From: Podarcis tiliguerta
Taxonomy: Eukaryota
Assembly: GCA_965153285.1 (NCBI GenBank)
Contig: OZ229115.1
Strand: one strand, 5' to 3'
Length of the DNA stretch: 64,000 nucleotides
The position numbers and the translations under genes are program-made. This document shows, piece by piece, positions 51,933 through 63,744 of the stretch. The notes below the pieces were generated by a model, which saw only the letters and a program-made list of their open reading frames with translations, did not search any database and had not been told where the DNA came from. Position 1 is the stretch's first letter. Every line of letters starts with the position of its first letter.

Positions 51933-54087
51933 AATTGGCAACTTACCCTTCTGTCCTTTTATCAGTTGAGAGTCCAAGGAAAATCTACAAGTGAAGAGGA
52001 CTAAGATCATATGCTGTGAGGAACATAAGCAATCTTGCTCTTGCCCTTCCTCTGGCTTCTTGAGTGCATTGTAAAATTTATTAGTTTGCCCTTTTCTCAC
52101 TTGAATAGTGGTTGGTTCCATTCCTCTATAAACATTTCCCTTGCTGATCAGGAGCCAAAGATGTCATCTGCAGAACTCTCTCTGTCTAAATGCTTTTTAA
52201 AGCCAAATGGGCCAAAGAGGACTGAAATCAGTTGAGTCTGGAGTGTGCTAAGTGTCTGCAACAGAGATTTATTTGCTTTGATTGATTGTTCTTAAAAGCT
52301 CGGGTTTTTGTGTATGCTGAAAGAAGACTTGGTGTGAAGCCTTTTAAGTACATTGGTCAAAGCAGGGCATAACAATTAGCTCTGGTATGGGGTAGTTTTG
52401 TTTTTGTTTGGGTAAATGCTGGGATGGGTAAATGAATTCATCAGTTGGCAGTTTTGATAGGTAAGTGGAGTCTGCCCACCTGTCAATCACGTGAAGTCAG
52501 TATGACTCCAGGTGACCCATTTTTCCTTTGTAGTGCAGCAAGCCACATGGAAGAAAAATCCAAGATCAGCCAAGCAGGACTTGAATTTACTGCCAGGCAG
52601 CTGATAGACGCTGATTTCAAGCTGTGGTTTTCTGTAGGAGTCTGCTGTGCTGCTGAGAGTTCTCCAAGGTGGGCTTGCTCTGCCTGCCTGTCAGCTGATC
52701 ATTGGTGTTAGTAAGCCTCTCTTGTTGATGCACAATCAGGAGCATACTTTTAAGGAACTAAATTGGGCATTGGCAGCTGCATCTCTACCTGCCCTTCAGA
52801 CAGGTGGGTGTGGTTTAGGGAAGACAGCCCGGTGGGCCAAATTGGGACCTGTGCTGGGCCTAATTATGCCCATGGCCCATTTATCATGGAATACATGGAT
52901 ATCTTTTTTCCCTCCTGCCTCCTTTGCAAACCTGACAGCATTTTCTCTAGCTAAAACTGCTTTGCTTTAAAGCTGCCAGTTGCTTTGTGAAACGGTATTG
53001 TTAAGCTCTGAGTTTACATGAGGTTTTGCGTTCTTTCCAGCCCCATTATCCCATCCTGATTTTAATTTCTGCATCAAAACTGGCCAGACTGTCTTTAGGC
53101 TTTATTCTGCAACACTGCACTCAGTTTCCTAAAATTGTTAGCTTGGGTTCTGTAATAGATGCCAGACAATTACAGCCATGCAGCTTTTCATAGCTCTTTC
53201 CATGAGTGGCATGAGCTGTCCCTTTTATTGTGCTCATGAAGCTGATAAGGTCACATGTGCTAATTTTACAGTGCAGAGCAGAAACATCCATGTGTGGCCA
53301 GATCATGGAATGCATACTAGCTAACAGAAAGACAGGACTTTGAACTGTGTTTGCAGAGTTTATAGGCTCTGCAGGTTTCCTACTTTAGTCCCTGAAATGA
53401 CCCATTTCTTCAGTATTTTTTGTATAATTGTCACCAAGGCAAAATACATAGGGGTGGGTTTTTTTTTTTAACACCTTGTATTTCTGTTGCACACATCTCA
53501 AACTTGCTTAATATTTTTCTACCAGAAATAGTAATCCTCTGAGACTTACTGCATGTGTGCTCAAAGTTAGGAAAGTGCTGCTGATCTGCTTCTTAAATAC
53601 CTTTTGCTAAATCTTTTGCACTTGTTAATTAAACCTCTTTGTCTTTAAAAACAACGGTGCAGATGTGTCACTGTAATCTGTGCAGCCTCCTGCAGATAAT
53701 GTGCAACTCGTGTCTTCACCCTTCCTGTACATAACATACACTAGCTTGCTCACACTTCAAATGTGGAAGCAGACGTCAGAGCTGCTCTTGATAGCCTCAC
53801 GTGGGATGCCAGCAGCAGGCTGATCTTGAGAAAGCAATCAGACTTCACACCATGTTCACCTAATGAATCTTCTAGGGCAGGGCTGCTGTCTCCCCAAAGT
53901 GGGCGGGAAGCACTGCAAACTAAAAGGAGGATTAGTGCCATCTGCTGTTTAAATTCAATCCAAACCTGTTAGTTACCCCACACCACCTTTGGTGGAAATG
54001 TTTGGGAGTAACATCAATATTATTTCAGTATTTTCAGGCAATGTCCGTTCCTATACCTGAAACTTGGTCTATTTCAGTTGTGACTTA

Positions 54088-54432
54088 AGCCCTGTTCATG
54101 CAATACTCATGTGTAAAGGGCAAGTGTGGCGAAGGGGACCTTCAGGCCACGCATTTAGCACAACCCCCAAAGTCATGCTGCTGCTCTTCCAGTTCCTGCC
54201 ATTGTCCTGTTGAGCATAATGTCTGCAGCAGGGAGTCTTTTCTGTGCATGGAGCTCCCCTTTTGATTTACGATGCAGGACACTAAATCCTGCACAGAGAT
54301 CCTGCAGATGTTATGCTCAACATGGTGCAGATGTAGGAGCAGTTCACTACTGGGGGTGGGACTAAATGTATGACCCCATGGCTATTTTTCCCGTGCTTTC
54401 TCTCTACATGCAAGTAGCACATGAACAGAGCT
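54088..54432. mobile_element. Palindromic MITE at a TTAA/TWA site
   Basis: AGCCCTGTTCATG / CATGAACAGAGCT termini; inner inverted repeat TGTTGAGCATAA..CTGCAG / CTGCAG..TTATGCTCAACA. Confidence 0.6.
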
Positions 54433-56398
54433 TAAGTTTCAGAATCCTTATAACAGGCTGTCCTATTGCATTACATGCACTGATATGACTAAAGTGAGCA
54501 ATAGTCATCTTCATCTGGGTAAAACTTAGTAAGGCATGTCTGTAGAAGGTTTTGTGCATAAAGCCCAACCTCAATATTTAATGAGAGGTGGAGGTAAGAA
54601 CACCATGTCCACTGAATGCAGTTCAGAACATCAAATAGCTTTTAATTTATATGTAAAAAATAATATATACACTCAGACACACATATATTGACACCAACTC
54701 CTAATCAGGAGCGGCACACTGACCACTTGATTGCTAGCTTAGGAGTTCAGAGTGAAGGCGAAAAGGAAGGATTTGAGCCGTAGAATCAGCTGTGTCATGT
54801 TGCTCCAAGTGGACGCTGAGTTCTTGTCAAAAGATGATGCCTTCTGTCCAGGCTGTAAGGATCTTTCCCCAAGCCACTGGGGGGTCAGATGTCCCAACTC
54901 TTCTTCTTTCACACTCTTTGGCCTCATCCACACTTCCACAATAGATCTGAACATGGGGAAAGGGGTGGTTGCTCTGACTGAGCGCTAAAGAGAAGTTTTC
55001 TGGGGGTGGGGGACAGGAGGACAAGTCAAAGTGTGGATAAGCCCTTTGTGACCTTTCATTTGTTTTCAGATTTATTAGGGGTTTTTTTTGGGGGGGGGGT
55101 TGCTGAGGCTTTACTTTCCCTGCCTACATTGCTTTGCCCACTCCAAATTATTTTTCTGAACATACCTGCAGTTGCTTAGCTGCAGTGCCCAGCTGCTAGG
55201 AAACAACAGTTGTATCCCATAAAAGCAGACTGCTGTGGCCATACTGTCAGTTGACCTGGGAAAAGAAAAGATAAAGGAGTACACCCTTATACAAATCCAG
55301 AGTGGAGTCCCTAGACCATGGGATGGCAGCTTTTATACTTCCTTCTGGCAACTCCTGCAGCCAAGCTGGTGCCAAACGTATTGGTCTGCTTTCCTTTGGA
55401 CCACATCAGCGAGGCCAAGAGGGGGTTGATTAACATCTGGGCAGCCCAGGACTTCCACACACACTACCCAGGCTTTCACCTCAGGCAGGTTACTTGGGTG
55501 CTACTAACCTAGCAGTTTGACTTCACCCCTGAATATGCACTCCATTGTCTGTTGAGACAGACAGATGCTACAACAATAGTTTCTGGTGGGCACACTTTCA
55601 CATACGCAGTTTATTTTTAACACAGATCCTTTGTAGTGTGTACGTCACAACTTTTTTCCTGTTTATGAAATACAGTTGACCTTTAGCCATATTATGATAA
55701 TATTCCATGACCTTAATAAAAATGAAACATCACCTTAAGATCTAGTAGGCTAGAGCAATCTTCCTGAAATCTAGTCACCTCTAGATGATTTTGGACTCCA
55801 ACTCCCTATCAGTCCCAGCCAGCATGACTAGTGGTCAGGGATGATGGGAGTTCTGGTCTATTCCACAACTGGAGGATTTCAGGCCAGGGGAAGCTGTCTT
55901 AGAGGCTCGTACTGTGCTTCTACATTCTGCTTTTGCAAGGAGGGTTGCCAAGAGCCTGCTCTGACTTTCGTTTTAATTCCAATGACTAACCGAGGTCTTC
56001 CATCCCTGGTAACTTCATATACTTCATAGTTGCAAGTTTGCTTTCATTATTGCTTGGCACCCTTTTTGCACGTCTGCGTCTTCTTCAGAGGACAGTTTGG
56101 AGGGGTCACTAAATGACTGAGAAAGGCTGACCAGGTGGCTTTCAGAGGGAGAAGCAGATACCATGTATTAATATGGAGAAGCAATTTCCATATAAATTAG
56201 TGAAATTTACATGCAGCTAAATAGGTTTTGAGCCAGGCATAACTCTCAATGCACTATTTGGGCACGTTAAATTTCAGTAACTCAAGCTGATGTTTCTATC
56301 TTAAGGGGCGTTTTTTGTTTCCTAATCATCATAGAGTATCTGCTTTCATAAAAGCTGCTGTGCCAGGTGTATCGACAACGTTTGTGTTTTCCTCTATA

Positions 56399-56592
56399 CA
56401 GTGGTACCTCGGGTTACAAACACCTTGGGTTACAAACACATCAGGTTACAGACTCCACTAACCCAGAAGTAGTACCTCAGGTTAATGGTGCGGCAGGCCC
56501 CATTAGCTAAAGTGGTACCTCGGGTTCAGAACGGTTTCAGGTTAAGAACCAACCGCCGGAACGAATTAAGTTCGTAACCAGAGGTACCACTG
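56399..56592. mobile_element. Tigger-like MITE
   Basis: TA|CAGTGGTACCTCGGGTTAC...GAGGTACCACTG|TA. Confidence 0.85.
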
Positions 56593-57355
56593 TATCTGCT
56601 GTCTGTTTTACAAGAGTCCCATGAGTTCCGATTAGGGCTTGGGATAGATTAGAATATCTGCCAGTGTCTTTCAGTTCAGTGCATCCATTGCTGCTTTCAC
56701 TCAGACTGCTTTGGTGTGCAACCTGATATCTCGTGTATCAGGCACCTGATTGGTTGTCAGGTTCCTGAACCACTGATGTAGGTGGCAAGTACTGTATATG
56801 ATATTGTGAATGGGACGTCTACCATACCATAGGGAACACATATGCTCTGCATCTCTTTGTGAGAAATAAGAGGGTATACAGCTGGGCTTTTTCTATTGTG
56901 ACACTGGCTATGTGGAATTCTCTTCCTTGAAAGATCCAGCTGGCACCTTTGCTATGCAACTTCTACCAGCCACTAGAAATGTTTGGTTTTTTTTAAAGCA
57001 TTTATTGAATTGTGCCTGTGTTTTCTTTAAGGTTTTTATTGATAGAATGAAACATGGACAGAATAAAACATATATACCCTCCCCCTCCACAACTTGCCAG
57101 TGGTAATATGTATGTTTCGTTATCATCTCTCTTTTAGTTGACAAAGCAGTATTCCAACTTGTTTTAGTGTGACCATTTATAAACTCTTTTTTTATTATCT
57201 GTAAGTCACCTTGAGTGCTCCATGTCTAAACAGGAAACACATTTCCTCAATGGTTAATAAGCCTGTGGCTGGGGGCTCACTGCTTCCCAGCCAAGATGTC
57301 TCATCAGGGCTTGTTTTCTCTAATAGCCAGGTGGGTTGTTTGTTTTTTCCTGTAG

Positions 57356-57461
57356 GAGCATGACATCGAGACTGCTTGCGGAGTTGTTCATGTCACTATG
57401 CGGGGCACCCCAAAAGGAAACAGGCCCGCCATCCTCACATACCATGATATTGGCCTAAACC
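57356..57461 (+). CDS. NDRG3: NDRG3 exon 4: [35 protein letters not shown](H)
   Basis: Start of the NDRG alpha/beta-hydrolase-like domain; canonical splice sites. Confidence 0.97.
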
Positions 57462-57693
57462 GTAAGTCCCCTTTATTTCTAGGTAAGCAGACCTAGGCAA
57501 TTTTTGGTTTGCAAGTTCAGCAACTATATTCTTACTGGTGACTTTAAGGACAAGAGAGAACCATGGCACACATTCGGTTCCAGCCTTTCTTTCTTTCTTT
57601 CTTGTTTGGTGTGGTCACAGTTCAAAACATGAGCCTAAAGTCAGAATGGAGCAGTGCTTTCAGACTTGGTCATTCCCAGTGTTTTTCTTACAG

Positions 57694-57814
57694 ACAAGTC
57701 CTGCTTCAATGCTTTTTTCAACTTTGAAGACATGCAGGAAATCACTCAGCACTTTGCTGTGTGCCATGTTGATGCACCAGGACAGCAAGAAGGGGCTCCC
57801 CCTTTCCCCTCTGG
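57694..57814 (+). CDS. NDRG3: NDRG3 exon 5: [39 protein letters not shown](G)
   Basis: Homology and phase continuity with exon 4; AG/GTAAGT. Confidence 0.97.
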
Positions 57815-58116
57815 GTAAGTGCAGTAGCATCTCTCTGATCTCTGGGGCTGCATGCGCCAGGTTTTAAGACCAGTCTCTGAGGTCCTGTTGTATGGCATGT
57901 TGATAAGACACATCAGACAGATTGAGATGAGGCTTTTTCAGTGGCGACACCCTATTTGTGTAATTCTCTCCACTGGGAAAAAAGAAAGCCTGGCTTTAAA
58001 GAGAATTCTTCAATCCAAATTTCATTAACTGCTTCATTGTAGTTTAATTGCTACTCTTATTTTTTTATGTGGGCTCCATTTTGTAGTTTTCTATAGTACT
58101 TTGCTATATAATGTTG

Positions 58117-58479
58117 TAAAGGTAAAGGTAAAGGTACCCCTGACCGTTAGGTCCAGTCGCGGACGACTCTGGAGTTGGGGTGCTCATCTTGCTTTACTGG
58201 CTGAGGAAGCTGGCGTTTGTCCGCAGACAGCTTCCGGGTCATGTGGCCAGCATGATTAAGCCGCTTCTAGTGAGCCAGAGCACGGAAACACCATTTACCT
58301 TCCCGCTGGAGCGGTACCTATTTATCTACTTGCACTTTGATGTGCTTTAGAACTGCTAGGTTGGCAGGAGCAGGGACCGAGCAACGGGAGCTCACTCTGT
58401 TGCGGGGATTTGAACCACCAACCTTCTGATCGGCAAGCCCTAGGCTCTGTGGTTTAGACCACAGCACCACCCGTGTCCC
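58117..58479 (-). mobile_element. Sauria SINE in NDRG3 intron 5
   Basis: (AAAGGT)n tail; TSD CTATATAATG(T/C)TG at 58104-58116 and 58480-58492. Confidence 0.92.
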
Positions 58480-58989
58480 CTATATAATGCTGCAGCACTC
58501 CTTAATGAGTGGAAGTTATGTAGATGTGATAATGTATGGATTGGAAGGATTTGGGGCAAGGGCTCTACCTCGTTCCTTGCTCTCCTTTTGCTGTACAGAA
58601 TTCTACCGCTATTGTTGAGAGAGCTTGAAATACAAAAGGCAAACAGAGAGAGCCAGACTTGCCATGCCTGTTTTTGCGTCTTTGCTGTGGAGATAGCTGT
58701 AGAGTCTCCCTCAGGAGCTGGGGGAGATGTATGCTATTGGGAATGTTGCCTGCAAGACGAAGGTCTCTTGTGAGCTACTTCGACTTTTAAATTGTGTGGT
58801 TTTGGTCAGTACACATATTTATTCCCATATGTCATGCTTCAGCCCCAGGATCTATTATTATTAGACCCTCCTTGCAGAATTGTGTGTTTGACAATGTGCC
58901 TTTAAATAACATCTTTAGGTTTTGAGTTAATGTATGTCAGCTATTGGCAGCCTCTCTTGTTAACTAACACCCCCTTTTTATGGTTTCAG

Positions 58990-59052
58990 ATACCAGTATC
59001 CCTCTATTGATGAATTAGCTGAAATGCTCCCTGCTGTTCTTACGCACCTGAG
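58990..59052 (+). CDS. NDRG3: NDRG3 exon 6: YQYPSIDELAEMLPAVLTHL(S), ending at a GC donor
   Basis: Homology; keeping frame with exon 7 requires the donor AG|GCAAGT. Confidence 0.95.
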
Positions 59053-59362
59053 GCAAGTATACAAAGACACCCAGACCTTTAATTTGCTTAGCTGCAGGAT
59101 GTCCACATAGCAGGTCCCCATTCCCCAGAATCTTCCCCAGGAATAGAGGAGAGACATGTGTTTAGGATGCATAGAAATGAAACAGTTGCTCAGTTTCATT
59201 TAAATTATGCATGCAGTATTTTTGTAACCACCCCATTGTTCTTCACCATGAACCACAGTAGCTCCCTTCCAGCAGATCATCCATCTCATTGCTGATCTAA
59301 AGGACGATGGCTGGGTATGTTAAGGGCTTTGAAGCATGTTCTCACTTTGAACTCTCTTTCAG

Positions 59363-59423
59363 TCTGAAAAGCGTAATTGGTATTGGCGTTGGAGCTGGCG
59401 CTTACATCCTTAGCAAGTTTGCA
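59363..59423 (+). CDS. NDRG3: NDRG3 exon 7: LKSVIGIGVGAGAYILSKFA
   Basis: Conserved GxGVGAGA motif; canonical splice sites. Confidence 0.97.
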
Positions 59424-60376
59424 GTAAGTAGCCTCTGACTGTTGATTTCCCTGTGTGAACAAATTCTGTCTCTCTGTGCTCCATGAATAGGGCTGCCTGT
59501 TTATAAAAACACACGTAGCAGAGATGAGTGCAGTAATGAGAAATACTGGTAAGAGCAAGTGAATCATGGATGTCCCAACCCCTCTGGAGGAAGGACTTCC
59601 ATAAAAAGTTGATGAAAGGTGAGACAGTTAATTCAAAGTGATGGATAGATCCCTGTGGGCTGCTATTCAATCCCAGGAGGATGATCACTCAACAAACTAG
59701 TAAATTTACTGTTAAGTGCAAGTTAAGTCTACTAGTCTTCTCATGTATTATTTCCCAGGCTAAACTGAGCTCTTTGGCATACACCCTTAATATTGTGGCT
59801 ATTTCATTTCGTTTTATTGTATTGCATTTATATACCACCTTTCAAGGAGCTCAAGGCGGTATACATTGCTCATACATGGTTGCCTTATAGTTACTGTGGT
59901 CTAGGCTAGTCATTCATACTCCTTTGCATTTTAAAGTACAATATTTGGGAACATACACACTAGACATGTTCCTCAAAAAAGAAGAAATTAATTTTGAATT
60001 AAAATGTATTAAATCCTCATTTTCCATTTCCATTTTTTAAAATCTAACCAGAACTTAAGTTTCATCTTTCTGGCTCGTGTTATCTTGCTTTTAGGAACAA
60101 AATTATACTAATCGTGACTGAACTCAATAATTCAGTTACTGCTAATGAAGAGTAAGGTTGTACCATATCTTGAACCTTGTTATATTATATATAACAAAAG
60201 TGGTCTGTTTTTCAGGTTAAAAAACTCTCTTTCCTTACTCTTATCATATTAGACAGCTGAGTCATATAAGCCGTGTCCCAGATTCTCATGCCAATCTTTG
60301 GGGGAAAGGGAGGATTAAATCTTTTTCCACCTGCAATTTACAAGTGGTTTTTTTGTTGTTGTTGTTGTTTTTTTAG

Positions 60377-60463
60377 TTGCATCACCCTGACTTGGTGGAA
60401 GGTCTGGTACTTGTTAACATTGACCCATGTGGGAAAGGATGGATGGACTGGGCAGCATCCAAG
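60377..60463 (+). CDS. NDRG3: NDRG3 exon 8: [29 protein letters not shown]
   Basis: Homology; AG/GTAGGA. Confidence 0.97.
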
Positions 60464-60628
60464 GTAGGATTGCTCTTCCATAATTGGGATGCCAATGCTG
60501 ATTTACATTATTCAGTTACTGGAACTATGTTTTAGTGAATGCTTTGGTATTATTGATTACTGCTTTGTCTTTCATTTTTTTGCTTTTTTTAAGCAAAGGT
60601 CAAACTCTTCTGTTCTTTATTCTAATTA

Positions 60629-61340
60629 CCGTATTTTTCGTCCCATAGGACGCTCCGTCCCATAGGACGCACCTAGTTTTTTGGGGGGAAAATAAAGGAA
60701 AAAAATTTTCCCTTTATTTCCCCCCCCCCCAAAAGCAGGTCGGGGAAACCCAACCAGGTCGAGGAACAGCGGGATGGCACCGCTGCGCCTCCCTGCTGTC
60801 CCCCAAGCTTGTGGGGCTGGCCGATGTCTGCCTGGCGCGAGGGGCGCTCTGCTTCAGGGCGCCCCTCGCGCCAGGCGGCAGGCTGCTATCCGCAGTGTGG
60901 GGAGCCCTGCGGGGAGCTCCTGCAGGGCTCCCGACCCTGCGGATGTCTGCCTGGCGCGAGGGGCGCTCTGCTTCAGGGCGCCCCACCCGCCGGGCGGCAG
61001 GCTGCTATCCGCAGCCTAGACATGCCTGCGGGACCTCCCGCAGGGCTGCCTAGGCTGCGGATGTGTTCTCGAAGCGCCGGGCGTTCTGCTTTTAGGGCGC
61101 CCGACGCTCCGGGAAGCAGGCTGCTATCCGCAGCCTAGACATGCCTGCGGGACCTCCCGCAGGGCTGCCTAGGCTGCGGATGTGTTTCCGAAGCCTGGAG
61201 AGCGAGAGGGGTCAGTGCGCACCGACCCCTCTCGCTCTCCAAGCTTCAGCGAAAGCCTGCATTCGCCCCATAGGACGCACCCAGATTTCCCCTTCATTTT
61301 TGGAGGGGAAAAAGTGCGTCCTATAGGGCGAAAAATACGG
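60629..61340. mobile_element. TcMar (Tc2-like) non-autonomous element with an internal ~119-bp GC-rich tandem repeat
   Basis: TA|CCGTATTTTTCG...CGAAAAATACGG|TA; repeat units start near 60823, 60942, 61060 and 61179. Confidence 0.88.
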
Positions 61341-61413
61341 TACTTGCATTGTATCACTAGAGATACCCAGCCATATAGCTGACACAGAGCCAAAGAACAC
61401 ACTTTTCTATACA

Positions 61414-61585
61414 CCGTATTTATCCATCTATAAGACGCACCTCCCATGTATAAGACGCCCCCTATTTTGGGGGAGTCAGATTTAAGAAAATGGGAGGGGA
61501 GATGGCCCAGATGATAAGACACCCCCTAATTTTTGATATTATTTTTTAGGGAAAAAACCTAGTCTTTAAGACTAGAAAAATATGG
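61414..61585. mobile_element. TcMar (Tc2-like) MITE
   Basis: CCGTATTTATC..TATAAGACGC repeats..GAAAAATATGG|TA. Confidence 0.7.
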
Positions 61586-61950
61586 TACATTTTCTATGGC
61601 AATGCATATGGAATGCAACAGGCAGTTTAAAAATAAATAAAAAAGAGCCAGTGGGATGGAGCTTTTAAACAAGAAAAGAAATACTTCCTTTTGCCTTCAT
61701 ATGCACTGTTGTATAATTGTTTGCCAGATTTATGCACACCAGGGTAGCCAGTGTGGTCCCCTCCAGATCTTGGATTACATCTTTCATTAGCCCCATCATG
61801 TCTGCGCAGAAGTAAAATCCCACTGGATTTAATGTGGTTTCCTCAAAAGTAAATGGGTGTTGGAGTTGTGACTGCAGCCTGTTCTGTGTTGCTTGACTAC
61901 TGTGTAGTACCGCCACTTGAAATAATTTGACTTTTCTTTCCCCCCCCCAG

Positions 61951-62007
61951 TTTTCTGGGTGGACAACAAACATTGTGGACATTGTTCTGGCTCACCATTT
62001 TGGTCAT
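61951..62007 (+). CDS. NDRG3: NDRG3 exon 9: FSGWTTNIVDIVLAHHFGH
   Basis: Homology; AG/GTAAGT. Confidence 0.97.
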
Positions 62008-62681
62008 GTAAGTCAACTGCTGGATCCAATATTGAAAATGCCTATTAATATAAAGAACTTTAAATAAAAATGAACTGCTTTGATCCTAACCTCAGTAGCT
62101 GCTTACAATAGCATTATTATTGTCTCAGTTTTGAGTTGTTGGATGAGTAAAAAAAAAGTGTGTGTTGACATTCTGCTCCCCTTTTCTTGAGCATTCTGGG
62201 ATGACCAGGCATTGCTAAACATTCCAGCACTGGAATATTTCCCGTGTGTTGATTCTTTATGTGTATATTCATGCTGCAAGTACATGTATATGTGACCTCC
62301 CACTATCTCTCCTTCCTTTACAGCAAGCTCTTCATACAAGTGTTGTATTTGTAATATTTATATTCTGTCTCTTAGGGCGTAGGCCTCTCGATGTGGTGTA
62401 CAACTAAAGGAGTTTAATTGGAAATACATCAGAGTGTTTAAAAAACACACATAATAATCCAGAATTATAAAGAAGTGCCAAGTTTCAGGAATCAGTTCCG
62501 TTAAAAACATTGTAAAAGGCAAACTAAAGCAAATGAGTCTTAAAAGGCATGTTTGAAAGCTTGTATTGAAAGGGTTTTTTGTAGTTCCATATGACAAATT
62601 CATCACATATTTGCTTTTTTTTTTTTTTTAATAGCATGGTTAGCAAGACAACTGATTAGAATATTTGTCATTCTTCACCAG

Positions 62682-62785
62682 GAAGAACTGCAAGCTAACT
62701 TGGAGCTCATCCAGACCTACAGACTTCATATTGCACAGGACATCAATCAGGAGAACTTACAGCTCTTTGTCACCTCCTATAACAG
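62682..62785 (+). CDS. NDRG3: NDRG3 exon 10: EELQANLELIQTYRLHIAQDINQENLQLFVTSYN(S)
   Basis: Homology; AG/GTACAA. Confidence 0.97.
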
Positions 62786-63211
62786 GTACAAGACTGGTAT
62801 AGAATCCTGTTTCACACACACACACACACACACAACCTTGAAAGTATAGCTGTGCATACATAGTGCTTCTGCAGCAGTTGACAGCATGTATATTGGAATA
62901 GCCTTTGTTTTAAAAAAATCAAAGAGCCTCCCTCGTTCAAGAAGCTTGCCAGGTTCCCTTCTTCAGTTTAAGATCCAGTGCCATCGACACGTGTCCCTAT
63001 AATGTTGTTCTAGTTGTCAGGGCTTTTTTTATCTAAGCAAAATCTTAGTCTGGTTGCTTCATTCTTTTTATGCTTTCTAGCTTATGAATAGAGCAACAAA
63101 CTAGGAGATAAAGTAGTCATGTGGCAAGCTGAGGGGTGGGTGGGGACTAAAGCACATGTGCCTCTTGTTGGTAACAAGAGGGAAATTGTGCACCTCGTAG
63201 AGTAGTTAGGC

Positions 63212-63347
63212 CAGGCACCCCCAAACTTGGCCCTCCAGATGTTTTGGGACTACAGTGCGCATCATCCCTGACCACTGGTCCTGTTAGCTAGGGATGGTGG
63301 GAGTTCTAGACCCAAAACTTCCGGAGGTCCGAATTGGGGGATGCCTG
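63212..63347. mobile_element. hAT/Charlie palindromic MITE; relatives at ~810-925, 9110-9245, 11920-12055, 21510-21600, 45080-45190 and 55755-55900
   Basis: TIRs CAGGCACCCCCAA / TTGGGGGATGCCTG; perfect 8-bp TSD AGTTAGGC. Confidence 0.9.
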
Positions 63348-63417
63348 AGTTAGGCAATGCCCACATTGCCTCCATCCCAGCCTTGTTTGACTTGGTCCTC
63401 TCCTATTGTCTTCCTAG

Positions 63418-63483
63418 CCGTAGAGATCTGGACATTGAGAGGCCAGTCTTGGGTATGACTGAAGAGGCAGGAAAAACACTCAA
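63418..63483 (+). CDS. NDRG3: NDRG3 exon 11: RRDLDIERPVLGMTEEAGKTL(K); gene continues beyond the window
   Basis: Homology; AG/GTAAGT. Confidence 0.95.
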
Positions 63484-63744
63484 GTAAGTTTATCTTGGTC
63501 ATCTTTGAACCTGTGCTTGAAATTATGTAGAATTTCTTTTCTAAGTTTAGCAGTATTCTGTTTCCTCTGTTTCCCCATTGCCCGTGAACCTAGAGTTCCA
63601 CGTCCTTTAAAAATATTAATGTAGTACATGATTTATCTCCTTTTGCAATGCTTTTGGTAGAACAACTTGCAAATTGGACGCTTAATTGAGTTATCTGCAC
63701 CCCAAATATCTACTTCAGGCTATCTAACTGCCTTTATTTTTATT

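Noticed and set aside
52410-52435. TGC TGG GAT GG (CWDG) resembling the NDRG4 alternative first exon
   Set aside because: No in-frame ATG, and the donor phase is incompatible with exon 4.
54680-54926. Run of in-frame TGA codons suggesting a selenoprotein
   Set aside because: No SECIS-like element or selenoprotein homology seen; consistent with chance.
60823-61190. CRISPR-like repeat array
   Set aside because: Eukaryotic intron; the units are contiguous tandem repeats without unique spacers, and no cas genes are present.
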